Positions 40,901 through 41,357 of a stretch of 41,357 nucleotides of DNA are shown here, piece by piece. The stretch lies in NCBI GenBank assembly GCA_030141605.1, contig JAQGDQ010001434.1, positions 1 through 41,357 of the forward strand, read 5' to 3'. The number at the start of each line of letters is the position of its first letter. Positions within the stretch are counted from its first letter, which is position 1. Source of the stretch: Tubiluchus corallicola (Eukaryota > Animalia > Priapulida). Under the pieces are notes generated by a model, which saw only the letters and a program-made list of their open reading frames with translations, searched no databases and was not told the DNA's origin. Position numbers and translations under genes: made by a program.

Positions 40901-41357
40901 TATATCGAGTTCATTGCATATATACTATGCGGGAGCGCTTATATATTCGCTTTATGTGACAGCCTTTGTTATACTAGCCGTAATAAACTTTTGTCCACTG
41001 CTGATACTTGAAAAGTACCAACGGTTTAAACAAATAAAAATACAATAAAATGCTATTGTTGAACTGCATGAAAAATGAACACAAAATAGAGTCCTAATGT
41101 AATTATCAAGCTTGAATCTTCTCAAGCGACTTAGAGACATCAGAAAAACGGCAATAAGCCTTCCATTTTTTTTGTAACATTGGGCAGTTTCGTTCAATAC
41201 GTAAGTGTACATATTTGTGTACATACTTTTTAGCCCAAATTTTTGTCCAGTTTATTTTCTTCAACAGAATTCCCAAATTATTATTATTCGTAACATTTAA
41301 CAATAGGTTGTGAATCTCTGGCAAAGTAAAAAAGTGACTTCCGTAAATTTTTTGCAA

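Noticed and set aside
32751-41357. Upstream SH2B exon encoding the first half of the PH domain
   Set aside because: No segment resembling the expected W.KCRL...LEF..PPK sequence found by eye; probably beyond the right edge.

Overview
AT-rich, repeat-dense genomic DNA from an invertebrate animal; spliceosomal introns, LINE/SINE/hAT/LTR remnants and a 5S-like sequence show it is not prokaryotic. Two spliced genes are interleaved. (1) A minus-strand SH2B/Lnk-family adaptor gene, largely missed by the ORF track, has five exons here (32750-32649, 30714-30593, 29895-29846, 27758-27549, 2440-2241). They have GT-AG boundaries and matching phases, and encode the second half of the PH domain, a Pro/Ser linker and the first part of the SH2 domain. 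Its other exons appear to lie outside the window. (2) A complete three-exon alpha/beta-type syntrophin gene (+; 2976-3652, 5592-5772, 11871-12503; 496 aa) is nested antisense in the ~25-kb SH2B intron. Positions 1-1900 are a near-perfect inverted copy of 3239-~5134 (syntrophin PDZ-coding sequence plus intron). The SH2B SH2 exon and the syntrophin start therefore lie in the 1.3-kb loop of a ~1.9-kb-arm palindrome. The rest is minisatellites, microsatellites, a LINE RT fragment, LINE 3' ends (one nested, one amplified into a satellite), hAT-like MITEs, tRNA- and 5S-derived SINEs, and a solo LTR carrying heat-shock elements. All calls were made by eye, and family names come from recalled motifs, not database searches.
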